The notes under the pieces: generated by a model
The model's input: only the letters and a program-made list of their open reading frames with translations
Databases searched by the model: none
What the model was told of the DNA's origin: nothing
Origin: a virus
Lineage: Duplodnaviria > Caudoviricetes
IMG/VR virus record: IMGVR_UViG_3300032040_000005
Span: 9,936-73,935 of that record
Length of the DNA: 64,000 bases
Reading direction: 5' to 3' (one strand)
Made by a program: the position numbers and the translations under genes
Shown: piece after piece, positions 20,085 through 28,731 of the stretch
Position numbering within the stretch: position 1 is the first letter of the stretch
Layout of the letters: every line of letters starts with the position of its first letter

Positions 20085-20351
20085 ATGGAGAAGTTAAGCA
20101 GTGAATATGTTGTTTACCTAACAGTAGCTCAGACCACTCAACTGCGTAATCACCTAACAACTATATTGGAGTTACCTAAACCAATGTACCGTTACACGAT
20201 TAAGTCTTTCTCTGGTGATGCTTTCACTGTAATCAGTTCAGGTACTGTTGATAAAGCCGGACTGGAATTGTTGCGTGTATCTACACCTGCTGGCTGTTCA
20301 TTCTCTTATGGGTTAATACCTGTATGCAACGATGATCATTGCAAATACTAA
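20085..20351 (+). CDS. Hypothetical early protein (possibly frameshifted from ATG 20018)
   Basis: 88 aa ORF; see findings. Confidence 0.4.
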   Translation: MEKLSSEYVVYLTVAQTTQLRNHLTTILELPKPMYRYTIKSFSGDAFTVISSGTVDKAGLELLRVSTPAGCSFSYGLIPVCNDDHCKY

Positions 20352-20353
20352 TG

Positions 20354-20371
20354 GCTGTCGCCAAAGCAATA
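20354..20371 (+). promoter_or_regulatory. Early repeated motif copy 2
   Basis: GCTGTCGCCAAAGCAATA. Confidence 0.55.
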
Positions 20372-20411
20372 GAAGATAGGCACTACTGCCTGTTGTCACG
20401 GAGTATTCGTT

Positions 20412-20576
20412 ATGTGTAAATTCCATGTTTGGCCTTGTGACACTACGTGTGCAGATGAAGATCTTGAAGATATGTTGAGTTTCATGTCTGATGACTACTT
20501 AACTTACACAGACTGTGGTGATGGCTCTGACCATGAACACACCTACAACGAGGTTGCTACTCTTCTGAGTCTGTAA
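20412..20576 (+). CDS. Small acidic hypothetical protein
   Basis: MCKFHVWPCDTTCADEDLEDMLSFMSDDY..., 54 aa, GGAG RBS; below the ORF-track cutoff. Confidence 0.5.
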   Translation: MCKFHVWPCDTTCADEDLEDMLSFMSDDYLTYTDCGDGSDHEHTYNEVATLLSL

Positions 20577-20766
20577 CACCTGCCATTCGTAAGTAACGCA
20601 ATCCTGTGGTACTGCTACTCTGGAGTAGTTGTTATGTTCCACATCACTGAATCTGAAGCTCGTGGTTTGTTATCACGCCACGGCTATCACGTCGCACATA
20701 AGCAGCCTATTCGTGCTGCTGTGTGTAAGTACATACTCAAACATTCTTACTCTTAGGAAGATAGTT

Positions 20767-21114
20767 ATGACCATTACATTAGCAACACTCGCACAGGCCA
20801 CACCTCAACAAGTATTTAACCAAGTGCGTGATCACTTGTTGAAGCAGGCAAAGAAATCCAAGTATGGGGATGTGTGTTTGTACCACATTGAGACAGGTGC
20901 GAAGTGTGCTGCTGGTTGCCTTATATCAAATGAAGAGTATATGCCATGGTATGAGCGTAACTCATGGTCTTCGATGGTACATGACTTTGATGAGGTTCCA
21001 AACGCTCATTACGAGCTAATCGTTAGCCTTCAGAATGTGCACGATGACGGTTTACCAGAACATTGGGAAGGCCAACTTAAACACATTGCTACCTCGTTCC
21101 TGCTAACTTTCTAA
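20767..21114 (+). CDS. Hypothetical early protein
   Basis: AGGAAG RBS before MTITL; KCAAGCLI motif. Confidence 0.6.
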   Translation: MTITLATLAQATPQQVFNQVRDHLLKQAKKSKYGDVCLYHIETGAKCAAGCLISNEEYMPWYERNSWSSMVHDFDEVPNAHYELIVSLQNVHDDGLPEHWEGQLKHIATSFLLTF

Positions 21115-21138
21115 TACCCTTCTTAGTTAGTCAACTCG

Positions 21139-21156
21139 GCTGTCGCCACACCAATG
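21139..21156 (+). promoter_or_regulatory. Early repeated motif copy 3
   Basis: GCTGTCGCCACACCAATG. Confidence 0.55.
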
Positions 21157-21193
21157 AAATACACACCAGCATTCTTATGATTGGGAGTTTGTC

Positions 21194-21382
21194 ATGCCTG
21201 TAACAAATGCAATACCCGTAGAGTTATTCGCATATGCAGTTACAAAAGAACTGCCTGATGGCACCACAGAGTTACTTGAGTGTGGCCAAGCTGGGCAAGA
21301 ACACATGAACAAATTATTCCTAAAGCCTCACGTCACTATAACCGTAAGCTACTCAGGATGGGATACACCATGCGTACTTTAA
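21194..21382 (+). CDS. Hypothetical protein
   Basis: 62 aa with a GGGAG RBS. Confidence 0.5.
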   Translation: MPVTNAIPVELFAYAVTKELPDGTTELLECGQAGQEHMNKLFLKPHVTITVSYSGWDTPCVL

Positions 21383-21537
21383 AACCTTTAGAAGACCGCT
21401 TTCATGTCACTGTCTACGATGACAGTGGTGCAGTTATTAACTTTGAGAATTTGACTTGGGATGAGTACAACGAGTTCCAGCTCAATCACATGGATGATGA
21501 TCTCGATTTCGCCATCAATGTAGGGGCCTACCGATGA
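21370..21537 (+). CDS. Hypothetical protein
   Basis: MRTLKPLEDRF..., 55 aa, overlaps the previous gene. Confidence 0.45.
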   Translation: MRTLKPLEDRFHVTVYDDSGAVINFENLTWDEYNEFQLNHMDDDLDFAINVGAYR

Positions 21538-21671
21538 ACCTAGCAAATATTATCTTCACGTTTTGTTTGTTAACCGTGTTCACGGTGATTGCTATTCACG
21601 TTGACAAAAGCGTCAAGAAGAAACGCAAAGTGTCATATCGAGGCAACCGCTCAAGAATTACGTGGCTTTAA
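21534..21671 (+). CDS. Small membrane protein
   Basis: 45 aa, hydrophobic helix followed by a basic tail; ATGA overlap with the previous gene. Confidence 0.45.
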   Translation: MNLANIIFTFCLLTVFTVIAIHVDKSVKKKRKVSYRGNRSRITWL

Positions 21672-21921
21672 CAAGACTTTACAAACATTAACTTCCTGTT
21701 ATGCTGTGCCCTCTTTATAGGGCATGTATAAGGAGAATATACATGCAACTCACTGTTCTTAATTATATATGTCCTGCGTGTGGTTACACGTGGGAAGACA
21801 GTTTTACCGATTGTTCCGTCATGCCTTTGTGTGCTTGTCCATCCTGTGAGCAACCCGTGCATGGTTGTATCCATAATTAAGCATCCGCTGTTAACCAAAT
21901 AGACAGATAAGGATGACAGCG

Positions 21922-21939
21922 GCTGTCGCCAGAACAATG
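21922..21939 (+). promoter_or_regulatory. Early repeated motif copy 4
   Basis: GCTGTCGCCAGAACAATG. Confidence 0.55.
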
Positions 21940-22000
21940 AAATAAGGGCATGGCGCTGTTGTCGTGTCCTCACAGAATATCTACTTATTGGAGAATTACC

Positions 22001-22303
22001 ATGGCTTTTCAAACCACAGCAGTTAACCAAAATACCTCTGCAAAGGTCGTTGGTCAGAACGAGAACTGGAAGTCCGATGCCTTCCTGAATGTGTACATCC
22101 CAACCCGTCAAGGTGGGCGTCGTAAGTTGGGAACAATCGGTCTTAAAGTCTCCAAGCCCATGGAGAAACAGCTTCTGGATTTCATCAACGAGCACGGTGA
22201 CGTAGCCCTTGCACAACTGAAAGATCGCATCGAGCTGGACTTCCAGCGTGCCGATGGCGACAACGGTGATGAGCTGGCATTGGGTATCGACGCTACCGCT
22301 TAA
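22001..22303 (+). CDS. Conserved N4-like early protein (gp1-like)
   Basis: NWKSDAFLNVYIP..GGRRKLGTIGL motif recalled from N4-like early genes; GGAGA RBS. Confidence 0.55.
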   Translation: MAFQTTAVNQNTSAKVVGQNENWKSDAFLNVYIPTRQGGRRKLGTIGLKVSKPMEKQLLDFINEHGDVALAQLKDRIELDFQRADGDNGDELALGIDATA

Positions 22304-22324
22304 ACTGGTAAAACACTCGTTAAC

Positions 22325-22353
22325 AAAAGGCTGCCCGAAGGCAGCCTTTTTTT
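22325..22353 (+). terminator. Rho-independent terminator (probably bidirectional)
   Basis: AAAAGGCTGCC-CGAA-GGCAGCC followed by T7. Confidence 0.8.
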
Positions 22354-22375
22354 GTTTCTATTCTCGGAGATTGCC

Positions 22376-22561
22376 ATGAATAAGTACCCTTTGATTAAGC
22401 TGCTGTCTGATTCCTTTGGCGGGTTCCAGTCCGCTAACAAGTCGAAGAAGAAACGCCTGACCAATTATGAGAAGCAGGTGGCGGAGCAGTCCATTCTGCG
22501 AGCGAAGGACAAGCGTGCAGCACGTAATGCCAAGCGTGCACGCACTCAAGGGGAGTCCTGA
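22376..22561 (+). CDS. Small basic hypothetical protein
   Basis: GGAGA RBS, 61 aa. Confidence 0.55.
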   Translation: MNKYPLIKLLSDSFGGFQSANKSKKKRLTNYEKQVAEQSILRAKDKRAARNAKRARTQGES

Positions 22562-22926
22562 TGAAAGAACTTAAAGTAATCGTAGCCGGTGGTCGTGAGT
22601 TCAACGACTACGACAGACTCAGTGCTGACCTGTTCAATTACGCAGAGTCCCTTGGTGATGAAGTAGGCATGTCCATTGTAACGGGTATGGCTCGTGGAGC
22701 TGATGCATTGGCGTACAGGTTTACACTGAATGAAAGCGTCAAAGTCTACGAGTTTAAGCCTGACTGGGATGGTCTGGGTAAGCGTGCAGGCTTTGTGCGT
22801 AACGCTGAAATGGCTGAGTTCGCAGATAGGCTGATCGCGTATTGGGACGGTGAATCACGTGGCACAGCCCACATGATCCAGACCATGCAGAAAATGGGTA
22901 AACCCGTCACAGTCATCAGTTACTAA
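22561..22926 (+). CDS. SLOG-family (DUF2493/YspA-like) protein
   Basis: IVAGGREF, TGMARGAD, AGFVRN and WDGESRGTAHMI motifs. Confidence 0.8.
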   Translation: MKELKVIVAGGREFNDYDRLSADLFNYAESLGDEVGMSIVTGMARGADALAYRFTLNESVKVYEFKPDWDGLGKRAGFVRNAEMAEFADRLIAYWDGESRGTAHMIQTMQKMGKPVTVISY

Positions 22927-22935
22927 GGATTAGAT

Positions 22936-23175
22936 ATGAACGCTATGCAGATTGCAAATGCTCAAAAGCCTCGCACAATTGGTGAGCTGCAAGCTTACCT
23001 AACTAAACTGGAAAAAGCATGGTCCGAACAAGACAGTAAATTTCTCGGCAAGTTCACTGACCAATCCCTTTACATGTCTATATTAGGTAAGGGTATAGCC
23101 CACGCGGAGTTCAGTTACCACCCAGAGTTTGGACTGATTGTCTTCCCTAATGTAACTATCCATCCTGATTTGTAG
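22936..23175 (+). CDS. Hypothetical protein
   Basis: 79 aa ORF in the early operon. Confidence 0.55.
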   Translation: MNAMQIANAQKPRTIGELQAYLTKLEKAWSEQDSKFLGKFTDQSLYMSILGKGIAHAEFSYHPEFGLIVFPNVTIHPDL

Positions 23176-23195
23176 AGTTAACAAGGAGTTGATCT

Positions 23196-23396
23196 ATGGG
23201 TTTTAGAGAATGTATACGCGCTGATATTGATGCGTTCTACGAGAACGGTATAGGTTCGCTGGACGGTTTCCGCATATACATTTCAGACCCTTGTGCATGG
23301 CCTTATGTGAAGCATCCACGAAAGCCTACGCGGAAATACTTGCTACGCAAGAAAGCCAAAGCCCAGCGGGTTGCCAAACGCATCAACAGGGACTGA
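23196..23396 (+). CDS. Hypothetical protein
   Basis: 66 aa with an AAGGAG RBS. Confidence 0.55.
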   Translation: MGFRECIRADIDAFYENGIGSLDGFRIYISDPCAWPYVKHPRKPTRKYLLRKKAKAQRVAKRINRD

Positions 23397-23399
23397 ATA

Positions 23400-24317
23400 A
23401 TGACAAAGCTCATGCTTCCACGGGACATCCAGCTTACGAATGAGTACATGTATTCGCGTAAGTTCATCGACGGTTACATTGACCAAGAGATCCGTGAGAA
23501 TCCCGAGGTGGAAGCCAAGGTCATGCAGGGCGTAGTCCTGCTGACCGACTGGCTGGCCAAGGATCACGGTTACCCATCCAAAAACAACCGCCTTACACAG
23601 CTCGCAGACATAGAGATTGAGCCATTGGTTAGGTCTCTGTTCGTGGGTGTGGCTTACTGCCAGACTTCTGAGCTGTTCACCAGTGTCTCAGCTCAACTGG
23701 CCAGCCGACTGAAGTTCGATGATAAGGCAGACAGCATCCTGACCGCCGCTGAGATGCTGGCTGTGCTGTGCGAGACCGATGCCTTCGACATTGTGAAAGC
23801 CAACCCCAGCGCTTCTCTTGTAATCCTCTCGCGCATCCCTATCAGTCAGCAACTTGTGCGGTATGTGGAGCAATCAGGCTACCTGCCACCCATGATGTGC
23901 GAGCCAGAAGAACTGGTGAACAACTATGACAGTGGTTACCTCACCCACAACGATTCACTGGTGCTTGGACGTGGTAATGGTCATGCAGGTGATCTCTGTC
24001 TGGATGTACTGAACAAGCGTAACAAGGTGCCTATGAGGCTCTGTACGGAGTTCTTATCTAAGGTCGAGGAAACGCCCACCTTTGAGCTGGATACTGCGGA
24101 GAAAGTACAGCAGTGGGCACAGCACAAGACTGAGAGCTACCAGAGGTATTTATTGGTAGCGAACCAGGGTAATAGGTTCTGGTTGACCAACAAGGTAGAT
24201 ATGCGTGGACGCCTGTACACACAGGGGTATCACATCAATGTGCAGTCAACAGCTTTTAAAAAGGCAATGATTGAATTTGCTGATGAAGAGCTGGTTGAAG
24301 GAGTTCCGCAGCAATGA
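23400..24317 (+). CDS. RNA polymerase II subunit 1 (N4 gp15-like)
   Basis: YLPPMMCEP and C-terminal KVDMRGRLYTQGYHIN (T7-like DxRGR motif). Confidence 0.9.
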   Translation: MTKLMLPRDIQLTNEYMYSRKFIDGYIDQEIRENPEVEAKVMQGVVLLTDWLAKDHGYPSKNNRLTQLADIEIEPLVRSLFVGVAYCQTSELFTSVSAQLASRLKFDDKADSILTAAEMLAVLCETDAFDIVKANPSASLVILSRIPISQQLVRYVEQSGYLPPMMCEPEELVNNYDSGYLTHNDSLVLGRGNGHAGDLCLDVLNKRNKVPMRLCTEFLSKVEETPTFELDTAEKVQQWAQHKTESYQRYLLVANQGNRFWLTNKVDMRGRLYTQGYHINVQSTAFKKAMIEFADEELVEGVPQQ

Positions 24318-24847
24318 GTAAAAAGAACGCTGACAAAGTGAAAGAGAACGCACGTAAATATGGGCTTACCTATGGCAAGCCTGTCCATGATGTTGCTATT
24401 AACCAAGCATTACGGCCTGACCTGTACATATGCGATGACATACTATACGACCGCGAGATAGCCTTTAAGCGTTTGGCTGATGCAATGGAACCTTACTTTT
24501 TACGTGAACTGGAGCGTTCTGTGGACCCTGTAAGGAATACGGCTGAAGCCCCAGAAACCATGAATCTCTATCACTGGTCTTCTACCGTGCTGGAAAACTG
24601 GAGCAAAGGCGGCATCATCGTAATGGCTGAGAACGTGGAACAGGCACGCGATAAAGTCTACGCACAGTTCAAGCCGCTTGAAGACGGTAACCCATTTGAA
24701 GATTTCACCTTGCAAATCATGCACGTTCAGGACGATGGGGACTACCAGACCGAGTACACGGACAAACTCAACGAGCTTCGTAAAGACCTCAACCAAGAAC
24801 CCGCCGTCATAGAAAGCGGTGTGGTTCTGATACGCGGATCTGATTAA
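24314..24847 (+). CDS. Hypothetical protein between the RNAPII subunits
   Basis: 177 aa, coupled to RNAP subunit 1. Confidence 0.55.
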   Translation: MSKKNADKVKENARKYGLTYGKPVHDVAINQALRPDLYICDDILYDREIAFKRLADAMEPYFLRELERSVDPVRNTAEAPETMNLYHWSSTVLENWSKGGIIVMAENVEQARDKVYAQFKPLEDGNPFEDFTLQIMHVQDDGDYQTEYTDKLNELRKDLNQEPAVIESGVVLIRGSD

Positions 24848-24912
24848 CACTAAACACAACCAGCGTTCTGTTGGTTGTGTACCTAACACCTTCCCAAATT
24901 GGAGCAATACTT

Positions 24913-26166
24913 ATGCAGTTGTTCACTGGATGGCAGTACCTGTTAATTGATGCAGCGAATAATTACGGCCTGGATAAGAAAGAGTTCGACACCCGTATTG
25001 CGTGGGCTGAAGAGAATCTGGATCAACTGGAGGTGTTAGGTGAAGACGCAGGCAAATGGAAAGAATACCCATTGTTCGTCAAAGCCGTCATGGCCATACG
25101 CAAAGCACAAGCTGGTCTGCCTACTGGTCATCGGGCCGGTGCTGACGCGACTGCTTCAGGTATGCAGATTATGTCTGCACTCACTGGTTGTCATCCCGGC
25201 GCATGGGCTACAAATCTGGTCGATCCTAATAAGCGAGTGGATGCGTACACGGAATGCACAAAGCTGATGCAGAAATGCATACCAACACTGCCTGATACGG
25301 CCCGAGCTGACATCAAGGATGCCGCGATGACTGTGTTATATGGTTCAAAGAAGCGACCTAAAGAGATATTCGGTGAAGACTCGGAAGAGCTGAACGTCTT
25401 CCATAAGTCCATGGGTATCCTCTGCCCAGGTGCTGTGAAGTTACTGGGTGAACTGCGTAACGCGTGGATACCCTTCGCAAAGTTCCATACCTCTACATTG
25501 CCTGATGGCTTTGTAGCCCGCATGAAAGTCATGGAAGAGGTGAAATCCAGACTGGAAGTGGATGAACTGGATCATGCCACTTTTACCTACATCTACTACG
25601 TAAACGAAGGCAAAGAGAAGGGATTATCGCTCATTGCGAACACCGTCCACGGCGTCGATGCGTACATCCTTCGGTGTGTGGATCGCCGATGCAACTATGA
25701 TCCAGAGCTTATCAACTGGGCATACAGTTACATCGAGATGCTACTTGAAGAACGTGCCGTGGGTATGCACGAGCCAGTGGATAACACCTTCCTGAATCCA
25801 GATTTCAATCGGTTGATGGAGCGTTACGAAGCATCGCAAATGCCTGACATACGTATCCTCAACTACGCGCAAGAGTATGAGATGCGTGCAATGTCTACGA
25901 CTCACCTGAAGCAACTCGCTTCCATGTGTTCAATGATGCTTGAACATAAACCTTTCCCTGTCCTGACAATCCACGATGATTTCAGTGCCTCAGCAAACAA
26001 CATGAACTGGGTGCGACTGCACTACAGAGAGATACTGGCTCAGATTGCAGAGTCTACGATGCTGGATGATATATTCACGCAACTGTTAGGTGTCAAAGGT
26101 AAGTACCAGAAAGAGTCCTACAACCTCGCAGACAAGATTAGAAAGTCCAACTACGCACTTTCTTAA
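24913..26166 (+). CDS. RNA polymerase II subunit 2 (N4 gp16-like)
   Basis: Motif A DATASG, motif B R...K...MTVLYG, motif C TIHDDF. Start MQLFTGWQY. Confidence 0.92.
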   Translation: MQLFTGWQYLLIDAANNYGLDKKEFDTRIAWAEENLDQLEVLGEDAGKWKEYPLFVKAVMAIRKAQAGLPTGHRAGADATASGMQIMSALTGCHPGAWATNLVDPNKRVDAYTECTKLMQKCIPTLPDTARADIKDAAMTVLYGSKKRPKEIFGEDSEELNVFHKSMGILCPGAVKLLGELRNAWIPFAKFHTSTLPDGFVARMKVMEEVKSRLEVDELDHATFTYIYYVNEGKEKGLSLIANTVHGVDAYILRCVDRRCNYDPELINWAYSYIEMLLEERAVGMHEPVDNTFLNPDFNRLMERYEASQMPDIRILNYAQEYEMRAMSTTHLKQLASMCSMMLEHKPFPVLTIHDDFSASANNMNWVRLHYREILAQIAESTMLDDIFTQLLGVKGKYQKESYNLADKIRKSNYALS

Positions 26167-26169
26167 CAG

Positions 26170-26193
26170 CCGAACTCCGTTCGGTTTTGTGAC
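26170..26193 (+). promoter_or_regulatory. TCC-loop hairpin promoter-like site
   Basis: CCGAAC-TCC-GTTCGG-TTT-TGTGAC. Confidence 0.6.
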
Positions 26194-26204
26194 TGTGAAA
26201 CTTT

Positions 26205-26240
26205 GAGATCATTCCTTCGGGAGTGGTCTCTTATTTTTAT
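26205..26240 (+). terminator. Rho-independent terminator
   Basis: GAGATCATTCC-TTCG-GGAGTGGTCTC followed by a T-rich tract. Confidence 0.75.
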
Positions 26241-26358
26241 TTACTGCAAAAGATAGTCAGTTAGTCAGTCAACTCAAAGTTACCCCTACCGATATACCAA
26301 AGTTACCAAAACACCCTTTTTTCACTATACGTACCCTATAGGGTATCTGGAGATTATC

Positions 26359-26823
26359 ATGACCGTAAAATGTCTAAATAGAATAACCCAACGAATAATT
26401 GTCCGTAACTTCACTACCAAAGCAGCGAACCAAACTGAATTAGCTGAAGCGTTTCAAGTACACCGCAGAACCATCCAACGTGTGTTGATTGATCATGGAA
26501 TCATTCACTACAACACACGTGGCCCGAAGTCAGTCACCCCGCGAGTACAAGTAGAACGTAAGCAACAGATACTGGATCTCGTACCCGCAACCCATAACAC
26601 CACACTGGACGGCATCAACATCATCCACGTTGCACGTGCTCATGGTCATACCGCTGAGTCACTGGACTCCGCCTTGAGCTTGCCTGCCTTTGATCGAGCC
26701 AGTGTTGAATTGCACCTGTCTATGCTGGAGCACGAGGAATACAGTAAGATTATTCAGGTTGTAACCCGAGTCCGTAATCTACAACACGCTCGGGCTATTG
26801 AACAGCGAGCAGCCAATGCGTAA
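26359..26823 (+). CDS. HTH-containing hypothetical protein
   Basis: NQTELAEAFQVHRRTIQRVL helix-turn-helix. Confidence 0.6.
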   Translation: MTVKCLNRITQRIIVRNFTTKAANQTELAEAFQVHRRTIQRVLIDHGIIHYNTRGPKSVTPRVQVERKQQILDLVPATHNTTLDGINIIHVARAHGHTAESLDSALSLPAFDRASVELHLSMLEHEEYSKIIQVVTRVRNLQHARAIEQRAANA

Positions 26824-27136
26824 TACACCCAACACACTTTTCCCTACTCTATCCAGTACAGAAGATGCTCGGGAGTATGCAATGTCCATGCTACCCATCA
26901 TCTCTGCTAACGATGCCAACGTGGCACTCAACGTCTACCGCAACACTATATTGGATGAAGTCAGTCAACAGGTGCGAGGTACTTACTCAGTAACCGAAGA
27001 AACTCTTAAACGTTTTGAGGATTTCAAAATGGTGCCCGCACCAGGGAGTGAAAGCGAATTTGCATTACAAAGATTGGCTTACAACCAAGCCATTTGTCAC
27101 ATCATCGCATTCTTCAAAGCCCGTCTAGGAGCTTAA
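26816..27136 (+). CDS. Hypothetical protein
   Basis: MRNTPNTLFP..., overlaps the previous gene. Confidence 0.55.
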   Translation: MRNTPNTLFPTLSSTEDAREYAMSMLPIISANDANVALNVYRNTILDEVSQQVRGTYSVTEETLKRFEDFKMVPAPGSESEFALQRLAYNQAICHIIAFFKARLGA

Positions 27137-27137
27137 T

Positions 27138-27353
27138 ATGCCCACCGTTTATGAACTCGCAGAACAGACTTACCCTGGTGTCACGTTTGATTCAGCACTA
27201 CCACAAGACTGGGTAAACGCCATGCAAGCCCGTGGCTTTGATGTACGCGGTCATTTTGTGACTCTGTACCCCAAAGACGCGCTCGCATACATGGCACCCA
27301 TTACGCCTGAAGGTATCCGCATGGCAGCTATTGTTGCCAGCTATCCAGCATAA
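27138..27353 (+). CDS. Hypothetical protein
   Basis: 71 aa with an AGGAG RBS. Confidence 0.55.
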   Translation: MPTVYELAEQTYPGVTFDSALPQDWVNAMQARGFDVRGHFVTLYPKDALAYMAPITPEGIRMAAIVASYPA

Positions 27354-27361
27354 AGGAACAG

Positions 27362-27532
27362 ATGATGCTTACTATCATTAACGTAGAAGAAATACTAGAA
27401 AAAGTCCGGGCTTTACGTGTTCCAACGGAAAACGAGAATGGATACGACGAAGCTATTGAAGGCTACAACGAAGCAATAGACATGGCCGTTATTGTGATCG
27501 CATATTACATAGCTAAGGAACACTCACAATGA
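27362..27532 (+). CDS. Hypothetical protein
   Basis: 56 aa, AAAGGAA RBS, ATGA overlap with the ligase gene. Confidence 0.5.
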   Translation: MMLTIINVEEILEKVRALRVPTENENGYDEAIEGYNEAIDMAVIVIAYYIAKEHSQ

Positions 27533-28668
27533 TTAAGCAAGCCGGTATTGTACAAGGGTCCAGCTACGTCAGGCTGTACCAGAATCACGGTAAATCCATT
27601 GGTTACTGGGAAGCCTGGGTCGAAGACAGTGGCAATGTCATTATCCAGTACGCCAAGCAGCTCCAGGGCAAGGTTGTTCATAAAGAGTATCAAGCCTTTG
27701 CCAAGAACGAAGGTAAGGCCAACGCAACCACTCCCTATGAGCAAGGCGTATTGGAAGTGGCCAGCAAAGCCAACAAGAAAATCGACAAGGGGTATGTGTA
27801 CACCGTCGAAGAAGCAACCGAAGCACCCAGCACCAACAGCCTGGGCCTGAAGAAACCGATGCTGGCCACGCCACTGGAGAAGGTCAAGCCAGAGAAGATC
27901 GACTGGAGCAGTGCCTATGTACAACCAAAGCTGGACGGTCACAGAGCCTTGTACTCGGACGGTGTGTTGTACTCACGCCAGGGTAAGGTACTGGATCTTC
28001 CTCACATTGTGGAAGCCATTGAAGCAGCCGGCATCGAAGACATGCACCTGGATGGTGAACTGTACATCCACGGTAAGTCACTTCAGGAAATGTCGAAGCT
28101 GATCAAGAAGCACCGGCCTGAGTCGCTGTACATTGAATACCACATCTACGACCAGATCGGAGATGCACCGTTCATCGACCGTATCGCATCATTGGGAACC
28201 AGCGTTCCACAGTGGCCTGCCATAACCCGGCTCAAAGCTGTCCCCACGCACCAGGTCAGTTCACTGGATCACCTTATGGAGTTCCACGCCTATTATCGTG
28301 ACAGAGGTTACGAAGGCACCATGCTGCGATTTGGTGATGACCATTACCAGGACGGTAAACGCTCACGCACCCTGCTGAAAATGAAAGAGTTCCAAGACGA
28401 AGAGTTTGAGATTGTCGGTGTGAACGAAGGTAAGCCCTACGTTACTGAACAGGGTACGTTCAGAGTGCCGGTCTATGTCTGTCAAGTAGGTAACGACCCA
28501 GAAAAGACTTTCACAGTTACAGCCCCTGGAACCATGTACGAGAAGGATGAACATTGGACTCATCGCCAAGAAGCTATCGGCCATTTCCTGACCGTTAAAT
28601 TCCACTACTACAGCGAAGCCGGTATTCCCCAGTTGCCCGTAGCCCTCCGGTTTTACGAAACCATCTAG
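27529..28668 (+). CDS. ATP-dependent DNA ligase with an N-terminal WGR-like domain
   Basis: QPKLDGHR (KxDG), LDGELY, GYEGTMLR, LLKMK and OB-fold TVKF...GIPQLP motifs. Confidence 0.9.
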   Translation: MIKQAGIVQGSSYVRLYQNHGKSIGYWEAWVEDSGNVIIQYAKQLQGKVVHKEYQAFAKNEGKANATTPYEQGVLEVASKANKKIDKGYVYTVEEATEAPSTNSLGLKKPMLATPLEKVKPEKIDWSSAYVQPKLDGHRALYSDGVLYSRQGKVLDLPHIVEAIEAAGIEDMHLDGELYIHGKSLQEMSKLIKKHRPESLYIEYHIYDQIGDAPFIDRIASLGTSVPQWPAITRLKAVPTHQVSSLDHLMEFHAYYRDRGYEGTMLRFGDDHYQDGKRSRTLLKMKEFQDEEFEIVGVNEGKPYVTEQGTFRVPVYVCQVGNDPEKTFTVTAPGTMYEKDEHWTHRQEAIGHFLTVKFHYYSEAGIPQLPVALRFYETI

Positions 28669-28675
28669 AATCCAG

Positions 28676-28698
28676 GCGTCATCCTGACGCTCTGTGAG
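28676..28698 (+). promoter_or_regulatory. TCC-loop hairpin promoter-like site (variant)
   Basis: GCGTCA-TCC-TGACGC-TC-TGTGAG; A:T closing pair and a spacer 1 nt shorter. Confidence 0.45.
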
Positions 28699-28731
28699 TT
28701 AACAACCCCCACACATTAAAAGGTAAATACC

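Noticed and set aside
19885-20160. 91-aa - strand ORF in the early region
   Set aside because: Antisense to + strand early genes, no RBS.
21125-26278. AGTTAGTCA(GTCA)ACTC-like motif at ~21125 and ~26260
   Set aside because: Only two imperfect copies in low-complexity sequence.
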